Below, in pieces: positions 28,961 to 38,448 of a stretch of DNA of 64,000 nucleotides (positions within the stretch are counted from its first letter, which is position 1; the number at the start of each line of letters is the position of its first letter). The position numbers and the translations under genes were made by a program. This stretch comes from an uncultured delta proteobacterium (lineage in GTDB: Bacteria > Myxococcota_A > Polyangia > Polyangiales > Polyangiaceae): NCBI GenBank assembly GCA_963841435.1, contig CAWJCS010000003.1, forward strand, positions 1,184,001 through 1,248,000, given 5' to 3'. The notes under the pieces were generated by a model, which saw only the letters and a list, made by a program, of their open reading frames with translations, did not search any database and was not told the DNA's origin.

Positions 28961-30538
28961 ATGATTCCGTCCTCGCCCCCACCCCCGCCGCCGTCGTCGC
29001 CACCCGCGAGCGCCCGACACGTGATCGCCATCGGCGGCGGACGCGGCGGCGTGGGAAAAAGCGTGATTGCGCTAAACCTCGCGGTCTACCTCGCCCAGCT
29101 CGGACGCTCGGTCGTGATCGTCGATGCCGACCCGGTGGGCGCGAGCCTCCACACGTTGCTCGGCATCGAGCTCGAGACGTCCACGCAGCACGACGAACCG
29201 GAAGAGGACGACTTCGCGAGGGTGCCGACGGCGGTGCCGGGGCTCGCCCTCGTGCCGCAGACGTATCGCGTCGGCTCGACCGCCCCGACGCGTCCCGGGC
29301 GACGGCCACACATGAGCCAGGAGCTGCGTCGCTTGCCCGTAGACTACGTCGTGCTCGATCTAGGCGCGGGCACGGCGCCAGCGACGCTCGATCTGTTCCT
29401 CGGCGCCGATCTCGGGCTCACGGTGGTGACGCCGGAGCCACCAAGCGTCGAAGCAGTGTATCGCACGCTGCGCGGGTTGTTCCAGCGCCTCGTGCGGCGG
29501 CTCCTGCTCGGTGACCGCTTTCGCATGCGGCTCTTCGAGCGCGCCCAGAGCGAGCTCGGCCCGCTGCCCGCGCCCGCCCTGCTCACCGAGGCACTCACGC
29601 GCTATGACGCAAACCTCGGTCGCCTCGCGGCAACGGAGCTCGCCCGGCTGCGCCCGCGCCTGTTGGTCAACGAGACCCGGCTGCGCAACGACACGGAGCT
29701 CGGAACCACCATGGCGGAGATGTCGAAGCGTCACCTGGGCGTCGAGCTCGACTACGTCGGCCACGTCGAGCACGACGACGCGGCGTGGCTCAGCGTCGTC
29801 CGGCGCCGCCCGCTGCTCATCGACAACCCGACGGCCAAGAGCGCACGCAACCTCGAGCGCATCGCGCGGCGCGTCCTCGCACTTCTGCTGACCCGTGACG
29901 CCGAGCGCACGGCCGAGCCCGCGCCGCCCGTCACTCTGGAACCGAACCTCTACGAAGTGCTCGGACTGCATCGCGGGGCAACGGACGAGGAGCTCCGGCG
30001 CGCCTACAAGCGACAGAAGGAGAACTACCAGCCCGGCAGCCTGCCGCTCACCTCCGTGCTGACAGCGGTGGCCGTGCGGCGCGAGCAAGCGCGCATCGAG
30101 GAGGCGCACGACACACTGCTCGATCCGGTCCGCAAGAAGGCCTACGATGCCTCGACCTTCCCGGACGAGCCGGCGGACTCACCGCGGCGTCCCCGGCCCG
30201 TCGACGGGGCGCTCGAAGCCGAACGCGAGCTCAGCCGGCGCGAGCTCAGCCGGGAAATCAACGCCGAAACGGAGTACACGGGCCGGCTCCTCTGCAAGGT
30301 GCGCGAATCCCGCGGCATCGAGCTCGAGGACATCGCGAAAGCAACCAAAATCTCGATGAGCCACCTGAAAGCCATCGAAGCCGAGGCCTTCGCGGAGCTG
30401 CCCGCTCTCGTCTACACTCGGGGGTTCGTGCAGGAGCTCGCCAAATACCTGAAGCTCGACGCCGCCCAGGTGACGAAGACTTACATCCGCAGGCTGCGTG
30501 ACTTTCGCGCGGCGTCCGAGGGGAAAGCGCCGACGTGA
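28961..30538 (+). CDS. MinD/ParA-like P-loop ATPase + J-like domain + RodZ-type HTH fusion
   Basis: GGGRGGVGKS, VDAD, LDLGAG, TPEPPSVE; then NLYEVLGL..ATDEELRRAY; then LCKVRESRGIELEDIA..TKIS..LKAIE..LPALVYTRGFV..AKYLKLD. Confidence 0.85.
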   Translation: MIPSSPPPPPPSSPPASARHVIAIGGGRGGVGKSVIALNLAVYLAQLGRSVVIVDADPVGASLHTLLGIELETSTQHDEPEEDDFARVPTAVPGLALVPQTYRVGSTAPTRPGRRPHMSQELRRLPVDYVVLDLGAGTAPATLDLFLGADLGLTVVTPEPPSVEAVYRTLRGLFQRLVRRLLLGDRFRMRLFERAQSELGPLPAPALLTEALTRYDANLGRLAATELARLRPRLLVNETRLRNDTELGTTMAEMSKRHLGVELDYVGHVEHDDAAWLSVVRRRPLLIDNPTAKSARNLERIARRVLALLLTRDAERTAEPAPPVTLEPNLYEVLGLHRGATDEELRRAYKRQKENYQPGSLPLTSVLTAVAVRREQARIEEAHDTLLDPVRKKAYDASTFPDEPADSPRRPRPVDGALEAERELSRRELSREINAETEYTGRLLCKVRESRGIELEDIAKATKISMSHLKAIEAEAFAELPALVYTRGFVQELAKYLKLDAAQVTKTYIRRLRDFRAASEGKAPT

Positions 30539-31935
30539 GATTGCCGGGCGCGAGCATCCTCGACAATCGCCGGGACTACCTCTACACGGCGGTGGTCGCG
30601 CTCGTGGCGCTGTTGCCACGGCTCTACGTCGCCATCGCGTGGAGCAAGGAACCCGTCTGGGACGGGCACTACTATCATCTCGGCGCCGAGCGGATCGCCG
30701 CCGGCATGGGCTATTCCGAAGACGCGCTCGTCAGCGGACACCTGCTCTGGAAGCCGTGGGTCCACTACCCCGTCGGCTACAGCGCTCTCCTCGCCGCGTT
30801 CTACGTCGTGCTCGGCTCCGGGTTGCTCGTCGCGCCCGTGCTCAACGCGATCTTCGGCGGCGCGCTCGCCGCTGTCTCACACCGCGTGGCCTACTATTTC
30901 ACGACGCCGAGCCGCGCGCGGCTCGCGGCGGCGCTCGTCGCGCTGCACCCCGGGCTCATCGCCTACTCGCCGCTCGTGATGACGGAGGTGCTCTCGGCAC
31001 TACTTTTGCTCGCCGCGGCGCTCGTCGTGCTCGTTCGTCCGACGTCGATGAAGAGCTACCTCGCCGCAGGCCTGATCCTCGGCTTCGCGGGGCTGGTGAG
31101 ACCGGTGTCCCTGCTTGGGCTGCCGCTGCTCGTGCTGATGAGCGGCCCTCATTCCAAAGCCGTGCTCCGCACGCTCGCGGCGACGGGCATGGCGTGCCTC
31201 GTCGTCCTGCCCTGGACGTACAGGAACTGCCGCCGCCTCGACGGCTGCGCGCTCATCTCGACGAACGGCGGCTGGAATCTCGCCATCGGCGCGATCACGC
31301 CGACGGGACGTTTCCATACGCTGCATGCCTCGGACGGCTGCGCCGTCGTCACGGGACAGGTGCAGCAGGACCGCTGCTGGCTCGAGGTCGGCAAGAAGAT
31401 CATCACGAACAATCCCCTGCGCTGGCTCGGCATCGTGCCGAAGAAGCTCGAGCAGACGTACAACCACGAGTCCTTTCAGGTCGAGTACCTGCACGAGGCG
31501 GACCCTCAGACGTGGACCGAGCCACGGCGCATCGCAGGGCGCGACTTTCTGACTTTCTTCCACCGGCTCTTGTTGGTGGCCGCGGCGCTCAGCGCGGTTT
31601 CCGCGCTGCACTGGGTCAAGCCCCCGCCCTGGGACGACGCGGTGCAAATCGGCGTGCTCGTGGCGACGATGATGTTCGCGACCTTCGCTGCGACGCGCGA
31701 CGAACGCCCATTTTACTGGCTGCCGGCTCTCTTACCGCTCGTTGCGATCTTGCCGCTCCCCGGCCGACCGGCGCTCGGGCCCGCGGGTCGCTACCTGATG
31801 GGCACGCTCGCGATGACGACGCTCGTGCATGCCGTGTTTTTCGGTGAGGATCGCTACCACCTCGTGATCACGCCGTTGCTCTGCATTCTCGCGGCGGGAG
31901 CGCTTCGTCCCTCGCGTAGGGCGACGACGGCATAG
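30535..31935 (+). CDS. ArnT/PMT-like (GT-C) membrane glycosyltransferase
   Basis: WDGHYYH, HYPVGY, MTEVL, VRP, PWTYRN, ISTNGGWNL, EDRYH; GTGA coupling to the upstream gene. Confidence 0.75.
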   Translation: MRLPGASILDNRRDYLYTAVVALVALLPRLYVAIAWSKEPVWDGHYYHLGAERIAAGMGYSEDALVSGHLLWKPWVHYPVGYSALLAAFYVVLGSGLLVAPVLNAIFGGALAAVSHRVAYYFTTPSRARLAAALVALHPGLIAYSPLVMTEVLSALLLLAAALVVLVRPTSMKSYLAAGLILGFAGLVRPVSLLGLPLLVLMSGPHSKAVLRTLAATGMACLVVLPWTYRNCRRLDGCALISTNGGWNLAIGAITPTGRFHTLHASDGCAVVTGQVQQDRCWLEVGKKIITNNPLRWLGIVPKKLEQTYNHESFQVEYLHEADPQTWTEPRRIAGRDFLTFFHRLLLVAAALSAVSALHWVKPPPWDDAVQIGVLVATMMFATFAATRDERPFYWLPALLPLVAILPLPGRPALGPAGRYLMGTLAMTTLVHAVFFGEDRYHLVITPLLCILAAGALRPSRRATTA

Positions 31936-31979
31936 GGAAGAGTCGCCTCGAGTCGCCCCTCGGCTCGAGCGCTCCCGTG

Positions 31980-32037
31980 CTGTCCCAGGGGCGAATCCGG
32001 GACTGTCCCTTCGCCGAAGGGCTCCCGAGCGTATGCT
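31980..32037 (+). promoter_or_regulatory. CTGTCCC direct repeats plus TATGCT -10 upstream of the MocR regulator
   Basis: CTGTCCC at 31980 and 32003; TATGCT at 32032-32037, 7 nt before ATG 32045. Confidence 0.45.
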
Positions 32038-32044
32038 CGATGGC

Positions 32045-33490
32045 ATGCGGGCTCCCTTTTTCAGCTTCCCCGTCCAGTCCGGGCAGCCGGGCCGGCGCGT
32101 GGCCGCCCAGGATCTGGTCACCGCCGTGCTCGCCGAGCTCAAGGCGGGCCACCTGCCGGCCGGCGGCCGCTTGCCCCCCGTGCGCGTGCTCGAGCGGCAG
32201 CTCGGCCTTTCGAAGAACACGGTGCAGGCAGCCTACGACGAGCTCGTCGCCCGCGGCGCGCTCGAGACGCGCGAGCGCGAGGGCGTGTTCGTGGCGCGCG
32301 GCCCGAGCGCAGCCCCACCGTTCGAACCGCGGGCCGTGCCGCCCAAACCTTCGATGCGGCCCCCGCCGTCGCTGTTCCGGCAGGCACCGCCGCCCGGCTC
32401 GATCGCACTCAGCACGGTGCTCATCGACCCGGCGCTCCTGCCGCGCGAACGCATCGCGGATTGCGTGCGCTCGGCATTGCGCGCTCCGGGCATGAGCGCG
32501 CTCTACGACTTTCAGGGTCATCCGCTCTTGCGGCAGCTCATCGCCGATCGGCTATCGGCCCGGGGCATCCCCGCGACGGCCGCCGAGGTGATAACGACGA
32601 TCGGCTCGCAGCAAGCGCTCGATCTCGTCGCGCGCGCCCTCGACGTGCGGCGCATCGCCATCGAAGATCCGGTGTACGCCCACGCCCGCTCGCTGTTCGA
32701 AACCCACGGGCATGCGCTCACGCCGCTGCCGCTCGACCCGTTTTCGCGCGTGCCGCTCGAGCGCTGGGAGGCGCTCCTTTCGCGCGACAAGCCCGGCCTG
32801 CTCTACGCCGTCACGAGCTTTCAGAACCCGACCGGCTACTCCTACGCGACGCACGAGCTCGCGTTCCTCCTCGAACAGGCCGAGCGGCACGGTTTTGCGC
32901 TCATGGAGGACGACTGGGGCTCGGACATGCTCTCCGACAGCGACGTTCGGCCCGCGCTCCGGGCGCTCGGCGGCGAGAACGTGCTCTACGTCAACAGCTT
33001 CACGAAGAAGCTCTTGCCCTCGCTGCGCGTCGGCTTCCTCGTCGCGCCGAAGGAGCTCGTGCCGACGCTCGTCGCCATGAAGCGCCTTTCCACGCTCGGC
33101 AGCCCCTGGCTGCCCGAGGCGACGCTCGCCGAATTCCTCGATCGCGGCTACTACGACACGCACCTGCTCGAGCTGCAGCGCGCCCTCGACGCCCGCTACC
33201 GCTCCTGTCTCGACACCCTCCGAACCCTCATGCCCGAAGAGGTGCGCTTCACGACGCCGGGCGGCGGCCCCACGCTCTGGCTCGACTTCCCCACGCGCGT
33301 CTCGCTGCCCGAGCTCCGCTCCCGCCTGCTTGCGCGCGGCGTTTTCGCCGAGGACACGAGCTCCGCGTTCCACGGCACCCCGCACCTGAACGGCTTCCGC
33401 GTGAGCTACGCGTACGTGCCCGAAGGGGACCTCGTGCGCGCGCTCGAGGTCGTCGCGACGGAAGCACGGCGGCTGCTCGAAGCGAGCTGA
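32045..33490 (+). CDS. MocR/GabR-family GntR regulator (wHTH + PLP aminotransferase domain)
   Basis: GRLPPVRVL..LGLSKNTV..AYDEL; FQNPTG, EDD, SFTKKLLPSLRVGF. Confidence 0.93.
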   Translation: MRAPFFSFPVQSGQPGRRVAAQDLVTAVLAELKAGHLPAGGRLPPVRVLERQLGLSKNTVQAAYDELVARGALETREREGVFVARGPSAAPPFEPRAVPPKPSMRPPPSLFRQAPPPGSIALSTVLIDPALLPRERIADCVRSALRAPGMSALYDFQGHPLLRQLIADRLSARGIPATAAEVITTIGSQQALDLVARALDVRRIAIEDPVYAHARSLFETHGHALTPLPLDPFSRVPLERWEALLSRDKPGLLYAVTSFQNPTGYSYATHELAFLLEQAERHGFALMEDDWGSDMLSDSDVRPALRALGGENVLYVNSFTKKLLPSLRVGFLVAPKELVPTLVAMKRLSTLGSPWLPEATLAEFLDRGYYDTHLLELQRALDARYRSCLDTLRTLMPEEVRFTTPGGGPTLWLDFPTRVSLPELRSRLLARGVFAEDTSSAFHGTPHLNGFRVSYAYVPEGDLVRALEVVATEARRLLEAS

Positions 33491-33512
33491 CGGAGCCGCG
33501 CCGCCTTTTCGC

Positions 33513-34913
33513 CTACCCCTTCGTCTGCGGCGCGACCCGCTTCGGATCGTACCAGCGCGCCTTGCCCTCGAGCACGTCGTTGGCTTCCTGCGGGCCCCAG
33601 GTGCCCGGCTCGTATTCGTAGCTCGGCGTCACGTCACCGAGAATGGGCTGCACGATGCGCCATGCGGATTCGACGCCGTCGGCGCGGGCGAACAGGTTCG
33701 CGTCGCCGCGCATCGCGTCGCCGATCAGGCGCTCGTAGGCGCTCATCTCGTCGGGGCGCTGGTTTCGCACCATCAGCTCCACGCCTTCCCCCGCCATGAC
33801 GTCACCCGCCCGCTTGGCGCGGGCGCCGATGGCGATCGCCACTTCGGGCCCCAGGCGGAAGCGGAAGTAGTTGGTGAGCGACGGCGCGGGCTCCGGAAAC
33901 ACCATATGCGGCGGTCGCGCGAGGTCGACGAGCACCTCGGTCGCCGTGGTCGGCAGGTTCTTACCGGCGCGTACGTAGAACGGCACCCCGGCCCAGCGCC
34001 ACGAGTCCACGTGCAGCCGCATCGCAGCGAACGTTTCGACGCTCGAGTCGCGCGCCACGCCCTCCTCGTCACGGTAGCCCTTGAACTGCCCGCGCACGAG
34101 CTGCTCCGGCGCGAGCGGCCGAATGGCCTTGAAGACCTTGGTCTTCTCGTCGCGGAGAGCCTCGCGATCGCCCGCGGGCGGCGGCTCCATGGCGAGAAAG
34201 GCGACGATCTCGAGCAGGTGGTTCTGCACAACGTCACGAATGCAACCCGTCTCCTCGTAGAAGCGGCCGCGGCCGGCAACGCCGAAGTTTTCTGCCATCG
34301 TGATCTGCACGCTGCTCACGTAGTTGCGGTTCCAGATCGGCTCGAGGAAAGCGTTCGCGAAGCGGAAGTAGAGGAGATTCTGCACCGGCTCCTTGCCGAG
34401 GAAGTGGTCGATGCGAAAAATCGAGCGCTCGGGAAAGACCGTGGTGAGCACCTTGTTGAGCTGCTGGGCCGAAACGAGATCGCGCCCGAATGGCTTCTCC
34501 ACGACGACGCGCGCCCCCTGCGAGCAGCCCGTGCGGCCCAGTAGCTCGATCACCTGGGGGAACACGCTGGGCGGGATCGAGAGGTAGTAAAGGGGGTTCG
34601 TCGCCGACCCGAGCGCCTCGCGAAGCTTCGTGAAAAGCTCTTCGGTACGGTAATCGCCGTCGACGTACGACAGGTTCTTCGCCAACGTCTCGAAGGCCTT
34701 CTGGTCAACGCCGCCACCGTACTCCTCGATGCTCTTTCGAACGCGGTCGCGCAGCATTTCCAGGCTCGAACCGCCGCGAGACACGCCGATCACGGGAAAC
34801 CCGGGGCTGCCGCGCCGGATCATCCAGCTCAACGCGGGGAAGATCTTTTTGTAAGCGAGATCGCCGGTCGCCCCGAAGAGGACCAGAGCGTCCGAATGCG
34901 GGTGGTCACTCAT
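33513..34913 (-). CDS. zwf: Glucose-6-phosphate 1-dehydrogenase
   Basis: [45 protein letters not shown]. Confidence 0.97.
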   Translation of the reverse strand: MSDHPHSDALVLFGATGDLAYKKIFPALSWMIRRGSPGFPVIGVSRGGSSLEMLRDRVRKSIEEYGGGVDQKAFETLAKNLSYVDGDYRTEELFTKLREALGSATNPLYYLSIPPSVFPQVIELLGRTGCSQGARVVVEKPFGRDLVSAQQLNKVLTTVFPERSIFRIDHFLGKEPVQNLLYFRFANAFLEPIWNRNYVSSVQITMAENFGVAGRGRFYEETGCIRDVVQNHLLEIVAFLAMEPPPAGDREALRDEKTKVFKAIRPLAPEQLVRGQFKGYRDEEGVARDSSVETFAAMRLHVDSWRWAGVPFYVRAGKNLPTTATEVLVDLARPPHMVFPEPAPSLTNYFRFRLGPEVAIAIGARAKRAGDVMAGEGVELMVRNQRPDEMSAYERLIGDAMRGDANLFARADGVESAWRIVQPILGDVTPSYEYEPGTWGPQEANDVLEGKARWYDPKRVAPQTKG

Positions 34914-34955
34914 CGCACCGACTCTGGTATGGCTGCCGGCCGGCGTAAAGGGCGC

Positions 34956-36575
34956 TCAGCGGCGCCGCATGAACGCCATGAGGGTGTGCGAGCCGAGGTC
35001 GCGATTCGCCACGAGGCGCAGCATCCTGAGCCGGCCCGTGCGCCGCAGATGATGGATGGGCTGCGTCGTATGGAGCACGATCCAGACACGGTGGCCGGGC
35101 CGGGCTCCCGCGTCGAGCGCGTCGCGCATCTCGTCGTCGTCAACCAAGCAGCGGACGTTGTAGGACTCGGGCAGCGTCGTGCCAACGGTGCGCGAGAGCT
35201 TCGGGTGATACTGCGTGTAATAAAGCCACGGATCGCAGCTCCGGCGGTCCAGGATCAGTGTGTCCCGTTGCTCGGGCGGCGCGGGCTTGCGGAGCCGCGC
35301 GAGGTACTCGACGACGTTGGGGAACGTGGAATCGTAGGTGAAGGTGCGCTTGTGCTCGTTCCAGCCCGTTTCGAAGAAAAGCAGCGGCGCCGCGACGAGC
35401 ACGAGCGTGGGGACGGGCGCAAACCAGCGTTCTTCGTCGGCGCCCGGAGCGTCGAGCGCAGACGCCGCGATGGCGGAGCTATACGCCAACGTGAACACGT
35501 TGGTGCGGAAGGCACCGAGCGGCCAGAAGCCCGCGCGGTTGAAGATCAAGAGCACCACGAGCGGCATGACGATGAGCAGCGCCTCGCGCCAGCGCGCCCG
35601 GACGGCCAGAACCCAGAGCCCGAGCGCGTGCAGCCACAGCCACGCATAGGTATCGACGCTCCGCAGCATCTCCTTCTGTTCGAAGGTGATGTAGTCACTA
35701 TTCCACAGCGTGCGCCGGATGCCCGGCATCGCCACGAGGTCGAGGTAGCGGTCGGTGGCCCACGCGATGTACGAGCGCGTGTGCGACGTCGTGTAGAAGA
35801 TGTCGTACTTGCTGCCCCAAAACTCGCTGCTCTCCTTGGGCAAGTGGCGCCACATCAGGAGGTATTGGGTGCCCAGACCGGCGAGGATCAGGCCCGCCGT
35901 CCCAACGACGAGCCATAGATCGCGTTTGCTGCGGGAGTGCGCCTCCCAGCCGAGCAACAGGAACAGCCCCGGGAACGCCAGCACCAGGTCCTGCGAGAAC
36001 AGGCTGCCAATGGCAGCGGCCGCGAGCACCACGCCGAGCGCGTGCCGCCCGGCGCCCTGAATGTATCTCAGCGCTGCGAGCATGATCCCGATGTGCAGCG
36101 CGAGCGCGACCGAGTACGGCTTGAATTCCTTGCTGAAGTCGATGGCGCACGGGCTCAGGCAGATGACGGAGACGAACAGAAGACGCGCCGCGAGCCCCGT
36201 GAACAGCCGCCGCGCGAGCAACGGCGAGAGCAGCACTGCCATGACACCTGCCCCCCATGGCAGCGCCCTCAGCACCATCTCGCTCGGGGAAAACGCGACC
36301 GCGAGCACCTTGCTGACGGCAAGAAAGCCGATTGGCCGGAGCCTGCTCTCGACGAGCGGGCGCGTGAACAGCCGCATCGCCCAGCTCGCCTCGTCGAGCC
36401 AGAAGCCCGTCGCGTCGAACAGGTAGCCCCGCACGCGCAAGGTCAATCCCGTGACCAAGGCGACGATCATGAGCACCGCGACGATGCGCTCGGCCCAGCT
36501 CACCGAGCGCCCGAGTCGCGCCCAGCCGAAGAGAAACTCCAAGGCGTTCCGAACGCGCTGCCTGGCCGACGACAC
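34956..36575 (-). CDS. GT-C-like membrane glycosyltransferase, paralog A
   Basis: FWLDEASW, CAIDFSKEFKPYS, many TMs, LILDRRSCDP. Confidence 0.7.
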   Translation of the reverse strand: MSSARQRVRNALEFLFGWARLGRSVSWAERIVAVLMIVALVTGLTLRVRGYLFDATGFWLDEASWAMRLFTRPLVESRLRPIGFLAVSKVLAVAFSPSEMVLRALPWGAGVMAVLLSPLLARRLFTGLAARLLFVSVICLSPCAIDFSKEFKPYSVALALHIGIMLAALRYIQGAGRHALGVVLAAAAIGSLFSQDLVLAFPGLFLLLGWEAHSRSKRDLWLVVGTAGLILAGLGTQYLLMWRHLPKESSEFWGSKYDIFYTTSHTRSYIAWATDRYLDLVAMPGIRRTLWNSDYITFEQKEMLRSVDTYAWLWLHALGLWVLAVRARWREALLIVMPLVVLLIFNRAGFWPLGAFRTNVFTLAYSSAIAASALDAPGADEERWFAPVPTLVLVAAPLLFFETGWNEHKRTFTYDSTFPNVVEYLARLRKPAPPEQRDTLILDRRSCDPWLYYTQYHPKLSRTVGTTLPESYNVRCLVDDDEMRDALDAGARPGHRVWIVLHTTQPIHHLRRTGRLRMLRLVANRDLGSHTLMAFMRRR

Positions 36576-36683
36576 GCGCGAAACCCTACGCGGCCCGCGA
36601 CGGAAGTAAAGCGCGCGCGGCGGCGCGGGTGGCCCTCGGAACGCCGGACCGATTGCCCGGCGTCGCGCGTTCGGGACGGCGCG

Positions 36684-38366
36684 TCATGGGCCCGAGCGCC
36701 TCGGCGGCGGCTCGCTTGGCGGCCGCCCCGGCGCCGGCTGCGCGGGCTCGACCTTCCATTGAAGCCCAACCAGGAGATGCCCTGCGATGTGCATCGCGGT
36801 CATCACCTCGACCCCCGGCAGCGCGCCGCCGCGCTCCATCAGGTCGAGCATGCTCGAGTCGTGCAGCACGAGCCAGGTCCAGCCGGGTGGATGGGGCATG
36901 ACCCCACGGATCACCCGCCCGAGCTGCCCGTCCTCGGCCACGCAACGGGGCCGGAAGTAGCGCGAGATCTGCGGCCGGAGGACATCGGCCGTACCGGGGT
37001 GGTAGCGCGTGTAGAAGCGGAACGGGTCGCAGCTCCGGCGGTCGAGGATCAACGGCGCGGCGGACTGGCCGCGAGAACGCTCGCGCCGGATCGCCGCCTT
37101 GAGAACGCGCGGGAAGTCGGCGTGATACGTGAGCGCCGCCTTGCGCGCGCTCCAGCTGCGGTCGAAAAGCAGCATCGGTAGCAGGATGAGCACGAGCGCG
37201 GGCACGCACGAGCGGAACGTCGGCACCGTGGCGCGTGTGAGCGCGAACGGCATGCACGCGATCGCCGCCGCGTAAGCGAGCACGAAGAGGTTTGCACGGA
37301 AGGCACCCGCCGGCCAGAACTCGAGCGCGTTGAACAGCCACAGCACGGCGAGCGGCGTCAGGAACAACAGCGCGTTCCGGTAGTCGCGGCGGAAGGCCAG
37401 CGCGGCGACACCCGCAACGTGCAGGCCGAGCCACAGCCGGGTGTCGGCCACGCGCGCCGACGCGAGCGCGTCAGGAGAGAGCCAGGTCGCGTTCCACAGC
37501 CGTCTGCGAAAACCCGCGAACTCGACCATGTCCCGGTAGTGGGTCAGCCACCATTCCCAGTAGTCGAGTGACAACGTCGAGGTGTGAAAAACGTCGTATT
37601 TGTCGCCCCAGAATTGCGCCTCATGAGCGGGCATCTGGCTCCAGATGAGCGCGTATTGCCCGAGGAGAAGCGCGATGATCACGATGGCGCCCGCCCCGAT
37701 CGGCAAAAGCTGCCGGCGGTCCTTGCGCAGCGCCGCCACGCCCATCAGGAGGAAGGCGCCCGGGTAGGCGAACAGCAGATCCTGTGCGAATAGCTGTCCT
37801 ATGACCGCGAGCCCGAGCGCCAACAAGAGATCGCGACGCTTGCCCGACTCGATATAGACGAGCACGCGGTGCATGAGCAGCAGGTGCTCGAACAGGCTCA
37901 CCGAGTACGGCTTGAACTCCTTCGAAAAGTCGATCGCGCACGGGTGCAGCGCAATCAGCGCAACGAAGAGCAGGCGAGCCGCAGGGGCCTTGAAGAGGCG
38001 CTCTGCGAGCCTCGGCGCCAAGAGAACGCTTCCCATTCCCGCGAGCCAGGGCATGGCCCGGAGCACCGGCTCCGTGGGACCGAGCACCGCCGCGAGCGCC
38101 TTGGAAACCAGAATGAAGCCGATCGGCCGGTGGAGGATCTCGCTGATCGGCTGCTCGATGAGCATGATCGCCCACGAGCATTCGTCGAGCCAGAACGACG
38201 GGGGATCGAAGAGGTAGCCGTGAATCCGTAGCGCGAGCCCGAGAATCAGGAAGCCGATTGTCAATAGCTCGTAGGTACGGTGGCCGGGCGGCAGGGCGCG
38301 CAGCGCCCTGAGCCACAGCCTCGCGCTCTCCCGGGCTTCGGAGGCGAGCATAGCGAGCCGAGACAC
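36684..38366 (-). CDS. GT-C-like membrane glycosyltransferase, paralog B
   Basis: FWLDECSW, CAIDFSKEFKPYS, LILDRRSCDP; start GTG 38366 or ATG 38351. Confidence 0.7.
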   Translation of the reverse strand: MSRLAMLASEARESARLWLRALRALPPGHRTYELLTIGFLILGLALRIHGYLFDPPSFWLDECSWAIMLIEQPISEILHRPIGFILVSKALAAVLGPTEPVLRAMPWLAGMGSVLLAPRLAERLFKAPAARLLFVALIALHPCAIDFSKEFKPYSVSLFEHLLLMHRVLVYIESGKRRDLLLALGLAVIGQLFAQDLLFAYPGAFLLMGVAALRKDRRQLLPIGAGAIVIIALLLGQYALIWSQMPAHEAQFWGDKYDVFHTSTLSLDYWEWWLTHYRDMVEFAGFRRRLWNATWLSPDALASARVADTRLWLGLHVAGVAALAFRRDYRNALLFLTPLAVLWLFNALEFWPAGAFRANLFVLAYAAAIACMPFALTRATVPTFRSCVPALVLILLPMLLFDRSWSARKAALTYHADFPRVLKAAIRRERSRGQSAAPLILDRRSCDPFRFYTRYHPGTADVLRPQISRYFRPRCVAEDGQLGRVIRGVMPHPPGWTWLVLHDSSMLDLMERGGALPGVEVMTAMHIAGHLLVGLQWKVEPAQPAPGRPPSEPPPRRSGP

Positions 38367-38448
38367 GCCCGCACCGTAAGGCGAGCGGAAACAAAGTGAA
38401 AGCGTGACGAGGCCCGGTGCTCGCCGGCCAAAGGGCCAGAAATTCGGG

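Noticed and set aside
33513-34913. zwf without adjacent pgl/gnd
   Set aside because: Dispersed pentose-phosphate genes and extra zwf copies are common, so this is not informative.
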